A stretch of 48,504 nucleotides of DNA from Chrysochromulina tobinii. Lineage: Eukaryota. Positions 17,188 to 27,341 of the stretch are shown here, piece by piece. The notes under the pieces are model-generated. The model was not told the origin of the DNA. It saw only the letters and a program-made list of their open reading frames with translations, and did no database searches. Position 1 is the stretch's first letter, and each line of letters begins with the position of its first letter. The stretch is taken from contig JWZX01003359.1 in NCBI GenBank assembly GCA_001275005.1, positions 1 through 48,504 on the forward strand, in the 5' to 3' direction. Both the position numbers and the translations under genes were made by a program.

Positions 17188-19662
17188 TCAGTGCGGCGCC
17201 TGCTGGCTCTCAACGATGGCCTGCAGCGCACGCAGCGTCGACTGCTGCTCCTCATGCAGGGCGATCTCGAGCTGCGAGATGCGGTGATCGAGCGCCGCGG
17301 GCACCATAGTGCCCCCTCCGGTGAGCCGCCCCTCGAGCTCGGCGAGCCGCGCCTCCGCAGCGCTCGCCACCTCCTTGATCTTGAGCGACTGCATGTACGC
17401 GCAGAGCTGGGCCACGGCCTCTCCCAGCGTGTCGACGCGCAAGAGCGCCTGCTGGAGAGTCGAGAGAGCCCCGGGCTCGCCGAGCGGCACGATAGCTTCG
17501 CTCACTTGCGCGCGCAGCTCCTCTAGGGCACCGCGCGTCTCCTCGCGCACCGCCTCGAGCGCCGCGGACACCTTTTGGTCATCCTCCGCGCGGCATCGCA
17601 TGTGCTCCTCATCGACCCATCGGAGCTCATCCGAGAGCTTCTGCGCCGTCGCCGCCTGCGCCTCCGTGAGCTCGACCACCTCCACCTCACGCGCTGCCTG
17701 CGCCTCGGCGAACGCGGCGCGCAGCTGCTCGGTCGCATGCTGGCCTGCGCGCTCGACGGAGCCGAGCCGCGCCGCGCTCTCGCCGAAGCTGCGCTTCATC
17801 TCGTCGCGCACCGCCTCGAGCGATTCGGCCGCGCCGCGCGCCGCTGCGTCTGTGTCGGCCATATGACTCGACTGCGCCTCAGCGAGTTTCGTGAGCTGGC
17901 TGTGCAGACCGTCGACGGCCGCGCGCCGCTCCGCCTCCTCGTGCGCGCGCGCCTTGGCCGCGGCCTCGTCTACCCAGCGCAGCTCCTGGCGAAGCTGCTC
18001 GAGGTCGCGGCCCTTCTCGAGCAGCTCCCCGTTTAACCTCGAGAGCTCATGGCGTGCCTTGTCCTGCGACTGGAGCAGCTCCGCCACGTGCGTCTCAAGG
18101 TTCTTCGTCTTCTCACGCTCAGTGTGCAAGTCCGAGTGCAGTCGCATCAGCTGCGCCTCGTGCGCCTGCAGCCGCACCTCCATCGCGGCCGCCAGCTGCT
18201 CCATCCGTGTGTTCACGCCGGTGAGCGCCGCTCCGGCGAGCCGCGCCTCGTGAACCGCCTCGCCTGGTGTCTTGGCGCGCCCGTCGCCGACACCCGGTGG
18301 CTTCAAGGCGCCGCTGCCGAAGCCTTTTGTGCTACCCGCCTTGCTCAAGACGCTGGGCGGCCCGGTGGCCGCCGCGCGCGGAGAGAGCGTCGCCGTTGCG
18401 CCGATGGCGGCCCCGAGCGACATCTGCCGCTGCAGCGGCGGAGAGCGCTCCCTCAGCTGCGGCGTGGCGGCGGCGACGGCAGCGGAGCACGAGGAAGGCG
18501 GCGGCGCGGGCGGCAACTCCGGGGCGGATCCCGCCGCGCCGTTGCCGATCGTCGTGATGAACTTGTTGACCCGCAGCGTGCCGTTGACTGCCGCGAGGAT
18601 CCCCTCATCTAGAGCCCCGGCCTCACCAAGCGCAAGCTCGGTGATGGTCGTGTTGGAGCGCAGCGCGTTCGCGACCGCCGTCGCGCCCTCGCGGTTGTTG
18701 GGCTCGATCTCAAGCACCAGCTGCTTCAGCGTACGGTTCACTCGGAGCGCCTCGGCGACCGCGAGCGCGCCAGTGCGCCCACAGCTCGCGCCCTGGAGGT
18801 CGACCCGCTGCAGGCGCGAGTTGTGCTTCCAAGAGTCGGCGAGTGCGGCGCAGCCCTCCTCGCCGATGCCGTTCGAGCCCAGGTACAGCTCGACGAGCGC
18901 ATCGTTGCGCTTGCACATGCGCGCGATCGCGACCGCGCCTACGTCCAGGATCGCATTTGAACGCAGATTGAGCGTACGCAGCGTCGAGTTCGCTTCGAGC
19001 GACGCGGCAAGCTGCATGGCGCCCTCAGGGCCTATCAGATTGCCGCCCAAGTGCAGCTCGACGATCGACCGATTGCTCTGCAGCGCCTTGCCCAGCGCCG
19101 TCGCGCCCGCGTCACCCACCTCGTTGAAGCGCAAGTTGACCACCTGCAGCGCGCCGTTGACCTGGAGCGCGGCCGCCAGGCCGATGGCGCCTTGGTCTTT
19201 GATGTCGTTGCGCTGCAGGTCGATGGAGCGCAGCGCCGAGTTACCCGCGAGCGCCTCCGCCAGGCTCGACGCACCCGGGTTGCCGATGCGGTTCGAGCGC
19301 AGCTCGAGCGTCGAGAGCGAGCCCGCGCGCACCACCGGCAGCACCGCGAGCGCACCCTCGTCGCCCAGGCCACAGTCGGCGATGCTCAGGCGCATGAGGC
19401 TGCCGCCCGACGCGAGGCTCTGCACGAGCTCACCTAGCGCGCGCGGCGACAGCTGCAGCTCCGTCAGCTCCGACTCGGTGAAGCTGTGCCCGGCCTTGAG
19501 CCCCTCGGCGACGCAGTGCACGGTCGCATCGCTGAGAGCCATCCCACTGATCCTGAAGCACGAGTCGCCCTCATCACCTCCGAGCGCCGCCGCGAGGTCC
19601 TGGTTTGGCCGCTCGTTTGCAGCCTTGCAGGCCGCGAGGTAAGCGTCGATCATTCTCGACAT
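17188..19662 (-). CDS. Ribonuclease-inhibitor-type LRR protein (NLRC3/CARMIL-like 28-aa repeats) with C-terminal coiled coil
   Basis: Repeated LxxLxLxxNxIGxxGAxxLAxxLxxN units (e.g. LQVVNLRFNEVGDAGATALGKALQSN), then a P/S linker and an Ala/Glu-rich heptad region. Confidence 0.88.
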   Translation of the reverse strand: MSRMIDAYLAACKAANERPNQDLAAALGGDEGDSCFRISGMALSDATVHCVAEGLKAGHSFTESELTELQLSPRALGELVQSLASGGSLMRLSIADCGLGDEGALAVLPVVRAGSLSTLELRSNRIGNPGASSLAEALAGNSALRSIDLQRNDIKDQGAIGLAAALQVNGALQVVNLRFNEVGDAGATALGKALQSNRSIVELHLGGNLIGPEGAMQLAASLEANSTLRTLNLRSNAILDVGAVAIARMCKRNDALVELYLGSNGIGEEGCAALADSWKHNSRLQRVDLQGASCGRTGALAVAEALRVNRTLKQLVLEIEPNNREGATAVANALRSNTTITELALGEAGALDEGILAAVNGTLRVNKFITTIGNGAAGSAPELPPAPPPSSCSAAVAAATPQLRERSPPLQRQMSLGAAIGATATLSPRAAATGPPSVLSKAGSTKGFGSGALKPPGVGDGRAKTPGEAVHEARLAGAALTGVNTRMEQLAAAMEVRLQAHEAQLMRLHSDLHTEREKTKNLETHVAELLQSQDKARHELSRLNGELLEKGRDLEQLRQELRWVDEAAAKARAHEEAERRAAVDGLHSQLTKLAEAQSSHMADTDAAARGAAESLEAVRDEMKRSFGESAARLGSVERAGQHATEQLRAAFAEAQAAREVEVVELTEAQAATAQKLSDELRWVDEEHMRCRAEDDQKVSAALEAVREETRGALEELRAQVSEAIVPLGEPGALSTLQQALLRVDTLGEAVAQLCAYMQSLKIKEVASAAEARLAELEGRLTGGGTMVPAALDHRISQLEIALHEEQQSTLRALQAIVESQQAPH

Positions 19663-20052
19663 CACGGCCGCGGTGCGTTACCTGCCAGGCACAGGCAGCA
19701 GGCGCAGAAGCCGCAGTGGGTCAATAGGTCTGCGGCGCTGCAGAAGCTACATCATCAGATCCCTGTCACAATCGGCACACGGCACTACCAGCGGGCCTGG
19801 GGGGCTGGGCGTGAGGGTCATGAGGGAAGTGTCTGGCCGGCTGTTTGGGAAGCGGTGCGCCGCACCGCGACAATGACAATCGATAAGGAATGCCCTAGCC
19901 AGAGTCGGTGGGTTTGTTGCCGGTGCACCGCCGCGCTTTCGCCGTTTCGGAGTTCCAAATTGGTAAGTGCGATGTTTAATGTTGTCGTCGGCCAACATGC
20001 GTCCGTCATGCGCGTCAGAAAATTCCACGATTGACACGTGTCGCCCGAAGCA

Positions 20053-20687
20053 ATGGTGAAGAGTGCCCGCGGCCCAAAGAAGTCGCCCAATGGCGCGGCG
20101 CCACAGCCCGGCAAGTCGCCGCGGCCCGGCAGCGGCGGCAAGTCGCCGCGGCCCGGCAGCGGCGGCAAGGGCAGCGGCGGCAAGTCGCCCAGTGGCCCTG
20201 TCCCGCTGAACACAGCCAAGGGCTCGTTTACCTTCACGATGGTCACTGACGGCTGCTACATTGAACACAAGGTGAGTGTGACCCCTCCTTTCACGCGCCC
20301 GGATTGCCCTCACCGGGCTAACTCGCCCTCGCGCCGTCGTCCCTGCCTTGTATGCAGTGGGGCCAGAACTCGGGCCATGTCGGCGTGCCCCTCGAGGCCA
20401 TGCCCGCTTTCATCTCGCGGCTCCAGATGTGCTACCAAAAGGCGACGGGCGTCAAGGCGGTGGACAAATCGCCCAGGACACCCGGCAGCGGCGGCCCGAT
20501 CAAGGGCGCGATCGACAAAAAGAAGGAGGGCAAGAAGAAGGATGTTGAGATGAAGGAGAAGAAGGAGAAGCCCAAGCCCAAGGCGACAATTGAGGACCTC
20601 GACGCGGAGCTCCTCTCGTATCAGGCGGCGCGTGCTGCCGACGGCAGTGCGCCGACGGGGATGGAGGCGGCGCCCGCGCCTGCGTGA
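20053..20687 (+). CDS. Small basic protein with C-terminal FoP/Chtop-type UAP56-binding-like motif; join(20053..20271,20358..20687)
   Basis: Intron 20272-20357 (GTGAGT donor, GCTAAC branch point, TGCAG acceptor) joins two ORFs in frame. C-terminal KPKATIEDLDAELLSY resembles the AEDLDAELDAY motif; N-terminal KSPRPGSGG repeats. Confidence 0.75.
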
Positions 20688-21375
20688 GGGACGTGCTGCG
20701 CGCCCGACGGCTAGAGAGCCGTGGCTGTGCCGGTGGCTGAGACGACGCTGAACTCAGGGCTGGACGCCGAGGGCGCTCACGCACCAACGTCCAACTGAAA
20801 CATTGATGACAGACCTTATACTTCGCGAATCAGACTGTCGCAAGCGGGTGTCTCGTGTGCGGCCCTCGTCTTCGACGAAGACCTCGCAACCGCGCGCACC
20901 GAGCTTATCTTGTGTATTCCCACGTCACGAGCCGATGCGTCAACCGTCATTCGACGACCGCGGGCCGGGCACCGTCTCGGTCTCGCTCCCTTGAAGAGGT
21001 CCTCTGAACACGGCGCCGGCGCAACACATCTTTTGTCATACGAATAGAAATCTCACCCGACCTCATCATGGATCATGGGCTCTCACGATACCTCGGCAAT
21101 GATGAGCTGACGTTTGAGCGAGTAACGCGTACCGGTGATGTCGCCGATCAGCAATCGGAAGAACTAACGGATAGAGATGCTTCTCCGAGAGCAGAGCAGG
21201 GGCGGCGATCGGGTGCACGGCCGCCATCCTTGTCCCTGCCCAGCCCCGATCGGGTACCCCTGCCCCTGGATGCGGCCTGGACCGATGACCATTGAGCACC
21301 GCTCAATGAGCAACTCCACCGGATAGCGCTCCCTCGGGCCCTCTTAGCCTGTGTGCACTGCAGTGCCTGTGTGCC

Positions 21376-23133
21376 TCATCGCATGAAGTCGCGGTAGATG
21401 ATATTCTGTGTCTCGTCGAAGAAGGGGTAGCCAAGCCCCTCGAGCACCTCTGTGAAGGCCTTGTCCTGGCCCTCAGGAACGCGTACGCCCGCGAGCACCT
21501 TGCCCACCTGGCCGCCGTGGTTGCGGTAGTGGAGCATGGTGATGAACCAGCCATCGCGCTTGTTCAGCGCACCGAGGAACTGGTTGAGCGCGCCCGCGTT
21601 CTCGGGGAACTCGAAGCGCACGATGCGCTCGCCGGGGATCTCGCCCGGCCGGCCTCCGGCCAGATAGCGCGCGTGCGACTTGGCCATCTCGTCGCCCGTC
21701 ACATCGATCGCGTACACTTCATGCTTGCCTAGCGCCGAGATCACGTCCGCTGCAAACATCTCGGGGGACATTTTCTTGGCCTCGGCCTCGCTCGTCTCCA
21801 TCGCCATGTACACGAGCGCGTCCTTGTCCTTGGGCGAGTGCCTGTAGACGAACTCGGTGACGAGCCGCGGCTGCACCGCCTTGTACATGGAGAAGAACAT
21901 GCCGGTGCGGTCGGGCATTCGGAGCGCGAAGAGCTTCTCGCGCTGCTCGCCAATGGCGGCGCGCTCGGCGATAAAGCGCAGGATGTCGAACTCGATGTTG
22001 GACGCGTCCGACGAGATGGCCACGAAATTGCCGCGCGACTTGCCCGGTGCAGGTGCGGGCATCGCGGTCACGTACTTCTTGAGGCCGGCGATCGCGACAG
22101 CGCCCGCGGGCTCGAGAACGGCACGGGTGTCCTCAAAGGCGTCACGCACGGCCGCGCAAATCTCGTCGTGCGAGACCACCACGATGTCGTCCACCAGCTC
22201 ATTGCACAGTCGAAACACCTCCGGACCGAGCTGGCGCACCGACGCACCGTCCACGAAGGGCGCCGGCTCCGCCACCGAGAGTGTGTGGCCAGCAAGCAGC
22301 GAGCGGTGCAGCAGGTCGGCGGAGCTCGCCTCGACGCCGATGACCTTGGTGCGCGGCATCACAGACTTGACCACCGCCGCGACGCCCGCGAGCAGCGACG
22401 AGCCGCCCGCGACCACGAACACGGCGTCCAGTCGATTGTGCTCGTGGCCCTCGAGCGCGGCGCCGATCTGCTTGACAATCTCGAGCGCGGCCGTCGCCTG
22501 CCCGGAAATGACGTACGGGTCGTCGTGCGGCTGCAGCTCCATTACCTGCGGGTCCGCCGACGCGGTCTTCTGCACCTCCTCAAACGCCTCACCCAGAGTG
22601 GTGCCCTTGACCACGACCAGAGCGCCCGCGCGCTCGATGGCAGCGATCCGCTTTGTCGGCGTGCGCTGGGGCATCACGACCGTCGCGCGGACGCCGAGCG
22701 CGCGCGCCGCGACAGCGACTGAGAGGCCCTGCGAGCCGACCGAGGCCGTGATCACCTCCTTCTTGTCAGCCGGCAGGTGCGCCAGCCGGTTGTAAGCGCC
22801 GCGCAGCTTGTATGAGAACGAGGGCAGCAGGTCCTCGCGCTTCACATGCACGCTGCAGTTGAGCCGCTCGCTGAGCCCGCTCGCGTACTGGAGCGGCGTT
22901 TCCCCAAGCAGATCGTACACGCGGCTCGTGAGCGCGAGCCGCACATAGTCCGGGCCAGTCGCGTTCGTTTCGAGCTTTTCGCCGTCGCCAAGGCCACCGG
23001 TCATCACGCTCGTTGCCGGCTTTTTGCGCTCGACCAGCTTGGCGAGCGGAGCACGGATGCGGTACGGGAGTCCAGACATTGGCCGGACGTTGCCCAGGCG
23101 TATGGGCAGCCTAGCCTTCAACAGTGTTGCCAT
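21376..23133 (-). CDS. ilvA: Threonine ammonia-lyase, biosynthetic IlvA-type, with two C-terminal ACT-like domains; several catalytic motifs diverged
   Basis: KREDLLPSFSYKLRGAYNRL (PLP lysine), DAFEDTRAVLEPAGA, FEFPENAGAL..FL and HYRNHGGQVGKVLAG. The basic N-terminus resembles an organelle targeting peptide. Confidence 0.88.
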   Translation of the reverse strand: MATLLKARLPIRLGNVRPMSGLPYRIRAPLAKLVERKKPATSVMTGGLGDGEKLETNATGPDYVRLALTSRVYDLLGETPLQYASGLSERLNCSVHVKREDLLPSFSYKLRGAYNRLAHLPADKKEVITASVGSQGLSVAVAARALGVRATVVMPQRTPTKRIAAIERAGALVVVKGTTLGEAFEEVQKTASADPQVMELQPHDDPYVISGQATAALEIVKQIGAALEGHEHNRLDAVFVVAGGSSLLAGVAAVVKSVMPRTKVIGVEASSADLLHRSLLAGHTLSVAEPAPFVDGASVRQLGPEVFRLCNELVDDIVVVSHDEICAAVRDAFEDTRAVLEPAGAVAIAGLKKYVTAMPAPAPGKSRGNFVAISSDASNIEFDILRFIAERAAIGEQREKLFALRMPDRTGMFFSMYKAVQPRLVTEFVYRHSPKDKDALVYMAMETSEAEAKKMSPEMFAADVISALGKHEVYAIDVTGDEMAKSHARYLAGGRPGEIPGERIVRFEFPENAGALNQFLGALNKRDGWFITMLHYRNHGGQVGKVLAGVRVPEGQDKAFTEVLEGLGYPFFDETQNIIYRDFMR

Positions 23134-23343
23134 GGTGATCTGCCGCGCTGCCAGATGACGCGGTGCACGTGGCTCGCGAGCGTGCGGCAATTTCACGAAA
23201 CCGATCCATGACGTCTTGGACGGCAACCATCAGGCACACGAATAAGCGGGGCTAATCACACCTCGAGACCTCGAGACCTCTGCCTGACGAATTTAACGTT
23301 ACCTGTTAAAACCTGTCAAGCACGAGCCTGAACTTTTTCCACG

Positions 23344-24231
23344 ATGTTTCGCCGCGCGGCAGGCGTCACTGCCGCGGTAAGCGCCACTGCGATCACCATC
23401 GGCGCTGCGAGAGCTGCACAGCCCGCCGCTGCTGCAGACGCCGACCCGGACAGTGCGACAGCATCGGCGCTGCGCAACGTCGGCATGCGGGCCCAGGCGG
23501 TCTTGAGTGACCCACCGTCAGTATTTCGGCGATGCGCTCGCGCCAACTGGCGTCAACATGCCGGTGACGACGCGTGCCAGCAGCTCGTGAAGTGCCAGAC
23601 TGCTCTACACTCAGCGCTCTTCAAGGCGGCAGAAATTTGGAATCACACACATCGCATCGAGCCTGCTATGATAGGCGGCCTCCAGCGTGCAGCCACTGAC
23701 GCTGAGGCGGCTGTGAAAGCGGTGCGCAGCGCGGCGGTGAGCGGTGCCGCAGCGGTGCCTTGGGGCGAGTTGCTTCGTGGCGCGACATTCGAATCCGCCG
23801 ATGGGTCTCCGGCCAGTGGTGGCGCTGAAGGACCCGATGGGCTGCGCGGTCGTACAGTCGCCCTGTACTTCACAGCGTCGTGGTGTGGGCCGTGCCATAC
23901 CTTCACGCCGAAACTTGTGCAGCTATACGAGAAGCTTCGCGGCGTCGGCGGTGATCTCGAGGTGGTAATGGTCTCCTGGGATGACCTCTCCGACGACCGC
24001 AAGAGCTACGCACGCCAGCATGGCATGCCCTGGCTTAGCCTGCCGCATTCGAACGAAATGCGCAAGCTCACCGACGAGCTCACCCTCCGGTACGACGTGA
24101 TGGGCATCCCGACACTCGTGGTGCTGGAGGTCTCGGCCGATGGCAAGGATGCGCGCGTGCTCACCCGCGATGGCCGCATGGACATTGAACGTGGGCGGAC
24201 GCCGTGGCTGGCGCAGCGTGCGCGGCCTTGA
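23344..24231 (+). CDS. Nucleoredoxin/tryparedoxin-like thioredoxin-fold protein
   Basis: LRGRTVALYFTASWCGPCHTFTPKL...LEVVMVSWD...MPWLSLP...YDVMGIPTLVVL. Confidence 0.9.
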   Translation: MFRRAAGVTAAVSATAITIGAARAAQPAAAADADPDSATASALRNVGMRAQAVLSDPPSVFRRCARANWRQHAGDDACQQLVKCQTALHSALFKAAEIWNHTHRIEPAMIGGLQRAATDAEAAVKAVRSAAVSGAAAVPWGELLRGATFESADGSPASGGAEGPDGLRGRTVALYFTASWCGPCHTFTPKLVQLYEKLRGVGGDLEVVMVSWDDLSDDRKSYARQHGMPWLSLPHSNEMRKLTDELTLRYDVMGIPTLVVLEVSADGKDARVLTRDGRMDIERGRTPWLAQRARP

Positions 24232-24408
24232 TGTTCATCTGGTCCTTCTGCAGCACCGTCGGCTCGTTGGTAATGGCAAGACTTGACGTCAGTGCCACCG
24301 GATGATGAGACCAGTTCGTGAATCGTACGACATTTTCCGATTTGGCTGGATTGCTTGGATTATGAAAGTGTCCACACTCGACTTCCGACTTGTGTGTCCC
24401 ACCACATT

Positions 24409-24812
24409 AACCACCACACTCCACATATTATATTTATTATAGGCCCGTTCAGGCGAGGCTCCGCACGCCCAACCGGCACCGCGCGCATCAAGACGGCGGT
24501 TCGCGGACGCACGAAGTGAGATGCGTGCAGAGATCCGATCTGATAACAAGTGTTGTACGCCCAGCGCAGGACGGTCGGTATAGCGAGAAAAGAGCGACTG
24601 TTCAGTGTTCTGAATAAGTTCTGAAAGTGTGTGCTGTGTCCGCGACCACCACACTCCACAGGCGAGGCTCCACGCCCACCGCGCACCACGCAAGACCGCG
24701 GTGCGCGGACGCAAGTGAAACCGCGGTGCGCGGACGCAAGTGAAAGATGCCATCTGCCAGATGCAGAGATCCGATCTGATAACAAAAGTGTACGCGGACG
24801 CAGGACGGTCGA
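24409..24812. repeat. Imperfect direct duplication of a ~165-bp intergenic unit, with a perfect 25-bp tandem repeat in copy 2
   Basis: Blocks ACCACCACACTCCACA, CAGGCGAGGCTCC, GCAGAGATCCGATCTGATAACAA and CGCAGGACGGTCG occur in the same order in ~24410-24578 and ~24645-24812. CCGCGGTGCGCGGACGCAAGTGAAA occurs at 24696-24720 and 24721-24745. Confidence 0.85.
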
Positions 24813-25042
24813 TTGTCAAGTGGACTCGATAGTTTGACCAGGGCTCGAGCTAGTGGTAGTCAACTGAGTCGAGTCGACTTGTACAAGTACATTGTAAGGT
24901 GTTTTGACGACGTGCCATCTGCTATGTGCGCATTGCGAAAAGTTTCGCAAATGCCACCACGGCGCGTGTTTCGCGACCACACACAAGTGCAAACGAAGTG
25001 AGCTCCAAAGACGGACCTTGCACGCAGCCAGGTACATCCGAA

Positions 25043-26374
25043 ATGGAGCCATGGGAGCCTGCGATTGAGCGTGCAGGCTCTGAGACCGCAGCCCGTTGCG
25101 CTCATCGAATGAATGAGGCCCCAGCCGTCGCAGTCTGCATCGCAGGCTCAGCTCGCTCCTACACGACACGCCTTGTCCAGACGCATCTGCGATACAACTT
25201 GCTCAAGGCGCTCGCCAGCCCCTATAAGACGCGTATATTTCTCCACCTCAAGCTCAACGACTCCGATAAGACCTCCGGGCTCTCCGGGCAAAAGTTCCGC
25301 AGCCACAAAGAGAGCAGCCTTCTGAGCATCCTCGCTACCATGGAGCAGCCGTGGATTGCAAAGCACATTGGCGAGGCGGTCGTACTCAATGGGAGCGGAA
25401 GCTATTCTGGCGAAGGCTGCCGGAGCGTATCTTCTGGTACATGCATCGTCAAGCCTGAGACTGAATCGTGGAAAGACTACCGCATTGCCGCCTGCACTGA
25501 CACAGCCCGAGCGATGCGCAGCGCTGCAGGCATTACACGGCCTGCCCAGTGCTGCACACCAAACAACCAATGGGCCGGGGAAGGTAACAACGAGGAGCGC
25601 TTGCTGCTGTCTCAGCTGAGTGCGGCGTGGTGTGGTGGCGCTATCCGTCGCTACGAGCACGCAAAGCGGGCTCCTTTCGACCTCGTCGTGTACACGCGGC
25701 CTGACGCAGTATGGTGGCAGCCAGTCGTGCCTTGGTGTGAATGGCCGGTGCGAGAGCAGGGCATCGCTTGTGATTACCCAGCGTGTGACATGGCGTGGAT
25801 GGTGCCTCGGCACCACTTTGATCGCATGGTGTCGCTCCATACTGTGCACCGCGACTGCCCTGCCTTTACCTCGGGGCGAGGCAAACATACATGCTGTACC
25901 ACGAATGAGCACCTCCTCATGTTTGCGAGGGTACACATGAACGCCACGCACCGGCTGCCCGACGGCCTGCAGCTCAAAGTGTCCTCGCAAGCCAGTGCCA
26001 AGGTGTATAAGGGAGTTTCGATCCTTCGGTCAATCAAGGGCGTCTGCGAGATCGTCCTGCACCCAGTGCTGAGGGTCTTACCTGGGCAACCCGCCAGCAA
26101 CCCTGCCGGGACGTGGGCCTTCAAGCATCAGCAGAGGAGTGGCATGCTAATCAAGACGACGGTGCGGCTGCGCAAGCTATTCAGGGCCAACGAAACAATC
26201 ACGGAAGCGCACGTGCTCGCCAGTGAGATGCGCACTTGCAAAACCGCTCTTAGCTTGTGCGGGCCTGGCGGCTACCCGATCGTTGAAAATGGTGCGCTGA
26301 TGGACAACCATGAGAATCTCGGACGCACCATCCGAGACTGGGGCGAGAGAGTGGAGAGAGCATATCGGGGCTAA
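25043..26374 (+). CDS. Uncharacterised putative glycosyltransferase-like protein
   Basis: Long ORF with AVAVCIAGSARS at the N-terminus and FDLVVYTRPD, a motif pair I associate with GT-A-like uncharacterised proteins. Start uncertain (25043 or 25109). Confidence 0.6.
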   Translation: MEPWEPAIERAGSETAARCAHRMNEAPAVAVCIAGSARSYTTRLVQTHLRYNLLKALASPYKTRIFLHLKLNDSDKTSGLSGQKFRSHKESSLLSILATMEQPWIAKHIGEAVVLNGSGSYSGEGCRSVSSGTCIVKPETESWKDYRIAACTDTARAMRSAAGITRPAQCCTPNNQWAGEGNNEERLLLSQLSAAWCGGAIRRYEHAKRAPFDLVVYTRPDAVWWQPVVPWCEWPVREQGIACDYPACDMAWMVPRHHFDRMVSLHTVHRDCPAFTSGRGKHTCCTTNEHLLMFARVHMNATHRLPDGLQLKVSSQASAKVYKGVSILRSIKGVCEIVLHPVLRVLPGQPASNPAGTWAFKHQQRSGMLIKTTVRLRKLFRANETITEAHVLASEMRTCKTALSLCGPGGYPIVENGALMDNHENLGRTIRDWGERVERAYRG

Positions 26375-27341
26375 AAAATCAGTAACACTATCATCTATTA
26401 CTATTTGGGTGAGCGCAGAACCAGAAGCGGCCGGTCCGGCCCTGGGCGGTCGCCGGGAGCGCGGGAGCGACGCGCTGCGTGCGGACTGGGCGACCCGCTG
26501 AAGATGAGCTCCGGCCTCGGGTGTAGCCTTAAAACCGTGTGCACAGGGGCGAGCACGCGGGCAGGGGACCGGGTTGACTCCTTGCTTTCTCAAATCCCAA
26601 AACTAAAATCCGTTTCCGTACCGGTCACAATCTTGCGTTAAACCGTTATCTCTAGATGTCTACAAGAAACGACATCAAGTATAGACGGCCAACGTGTGTA
26701 ACTCGCTCACTGACGTGACAGGATGACGGTACGGTTTGTGTTTGTTCACCGATGACGCAAAAAGTGACTTGACTTGACCTGTCTTGGCGACATTGTCTCA
26801 CAACGCGCGGCGACGTCGACCGTCACTTGAGGCCCCGGCGAACGCGCTTCGGCCTACGGCCAAGAGGACAGGTACAGCATGGCGCGTCGCATGACTCCGC
26901 AGCACGCCGCGTTGCCGCCATTTGGATCGTTCGATGACGAACTCAAATTCTAATTTCACCTCTCTCGGCTGAAGCGTTTGTCGCCTCGGCGGCGGCGCCC
27001 TGGTGTTGACCACTCTGTCCACTGAGGGCGATCCACAAAGCCCTGCGCCGCGTCTGCTGCTATGAGGAGACCGTGTTTCCTTGACCTGGGCCTCGCGCTC
27101 GGGACGTGCGGACGCACAAACTTTTCAAGCACTCTCTGAGCTTGGCACCACATGCCTAGCGAATGCTGCTGCTGCTGCGCCGCTGCCGCCCTAGGGCCAT
27201 CGGCTTCCATGCGCCCGATGACGAATGTTCATTGCTCTATCTCGGATTAACGAAGACGACAACAACTTCTTATCACTACCTCTCCGAGGGCGCTCAGCCA
27301 CCTTATCTCCCCTTGCCCTGGCCTGCAGGTGTTCCACGCGC

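Noticed and set aside
21068..21295. 75-aa ORF between convergent genes
   Set aside because: Short, featureless and within probable 3' UTR space.
26798..27210. Two short minus-strand ORFs (74 and 84 aa)
   Set aside because: No motifs or clear splice pattern joining them; cannot be supported as a gene.
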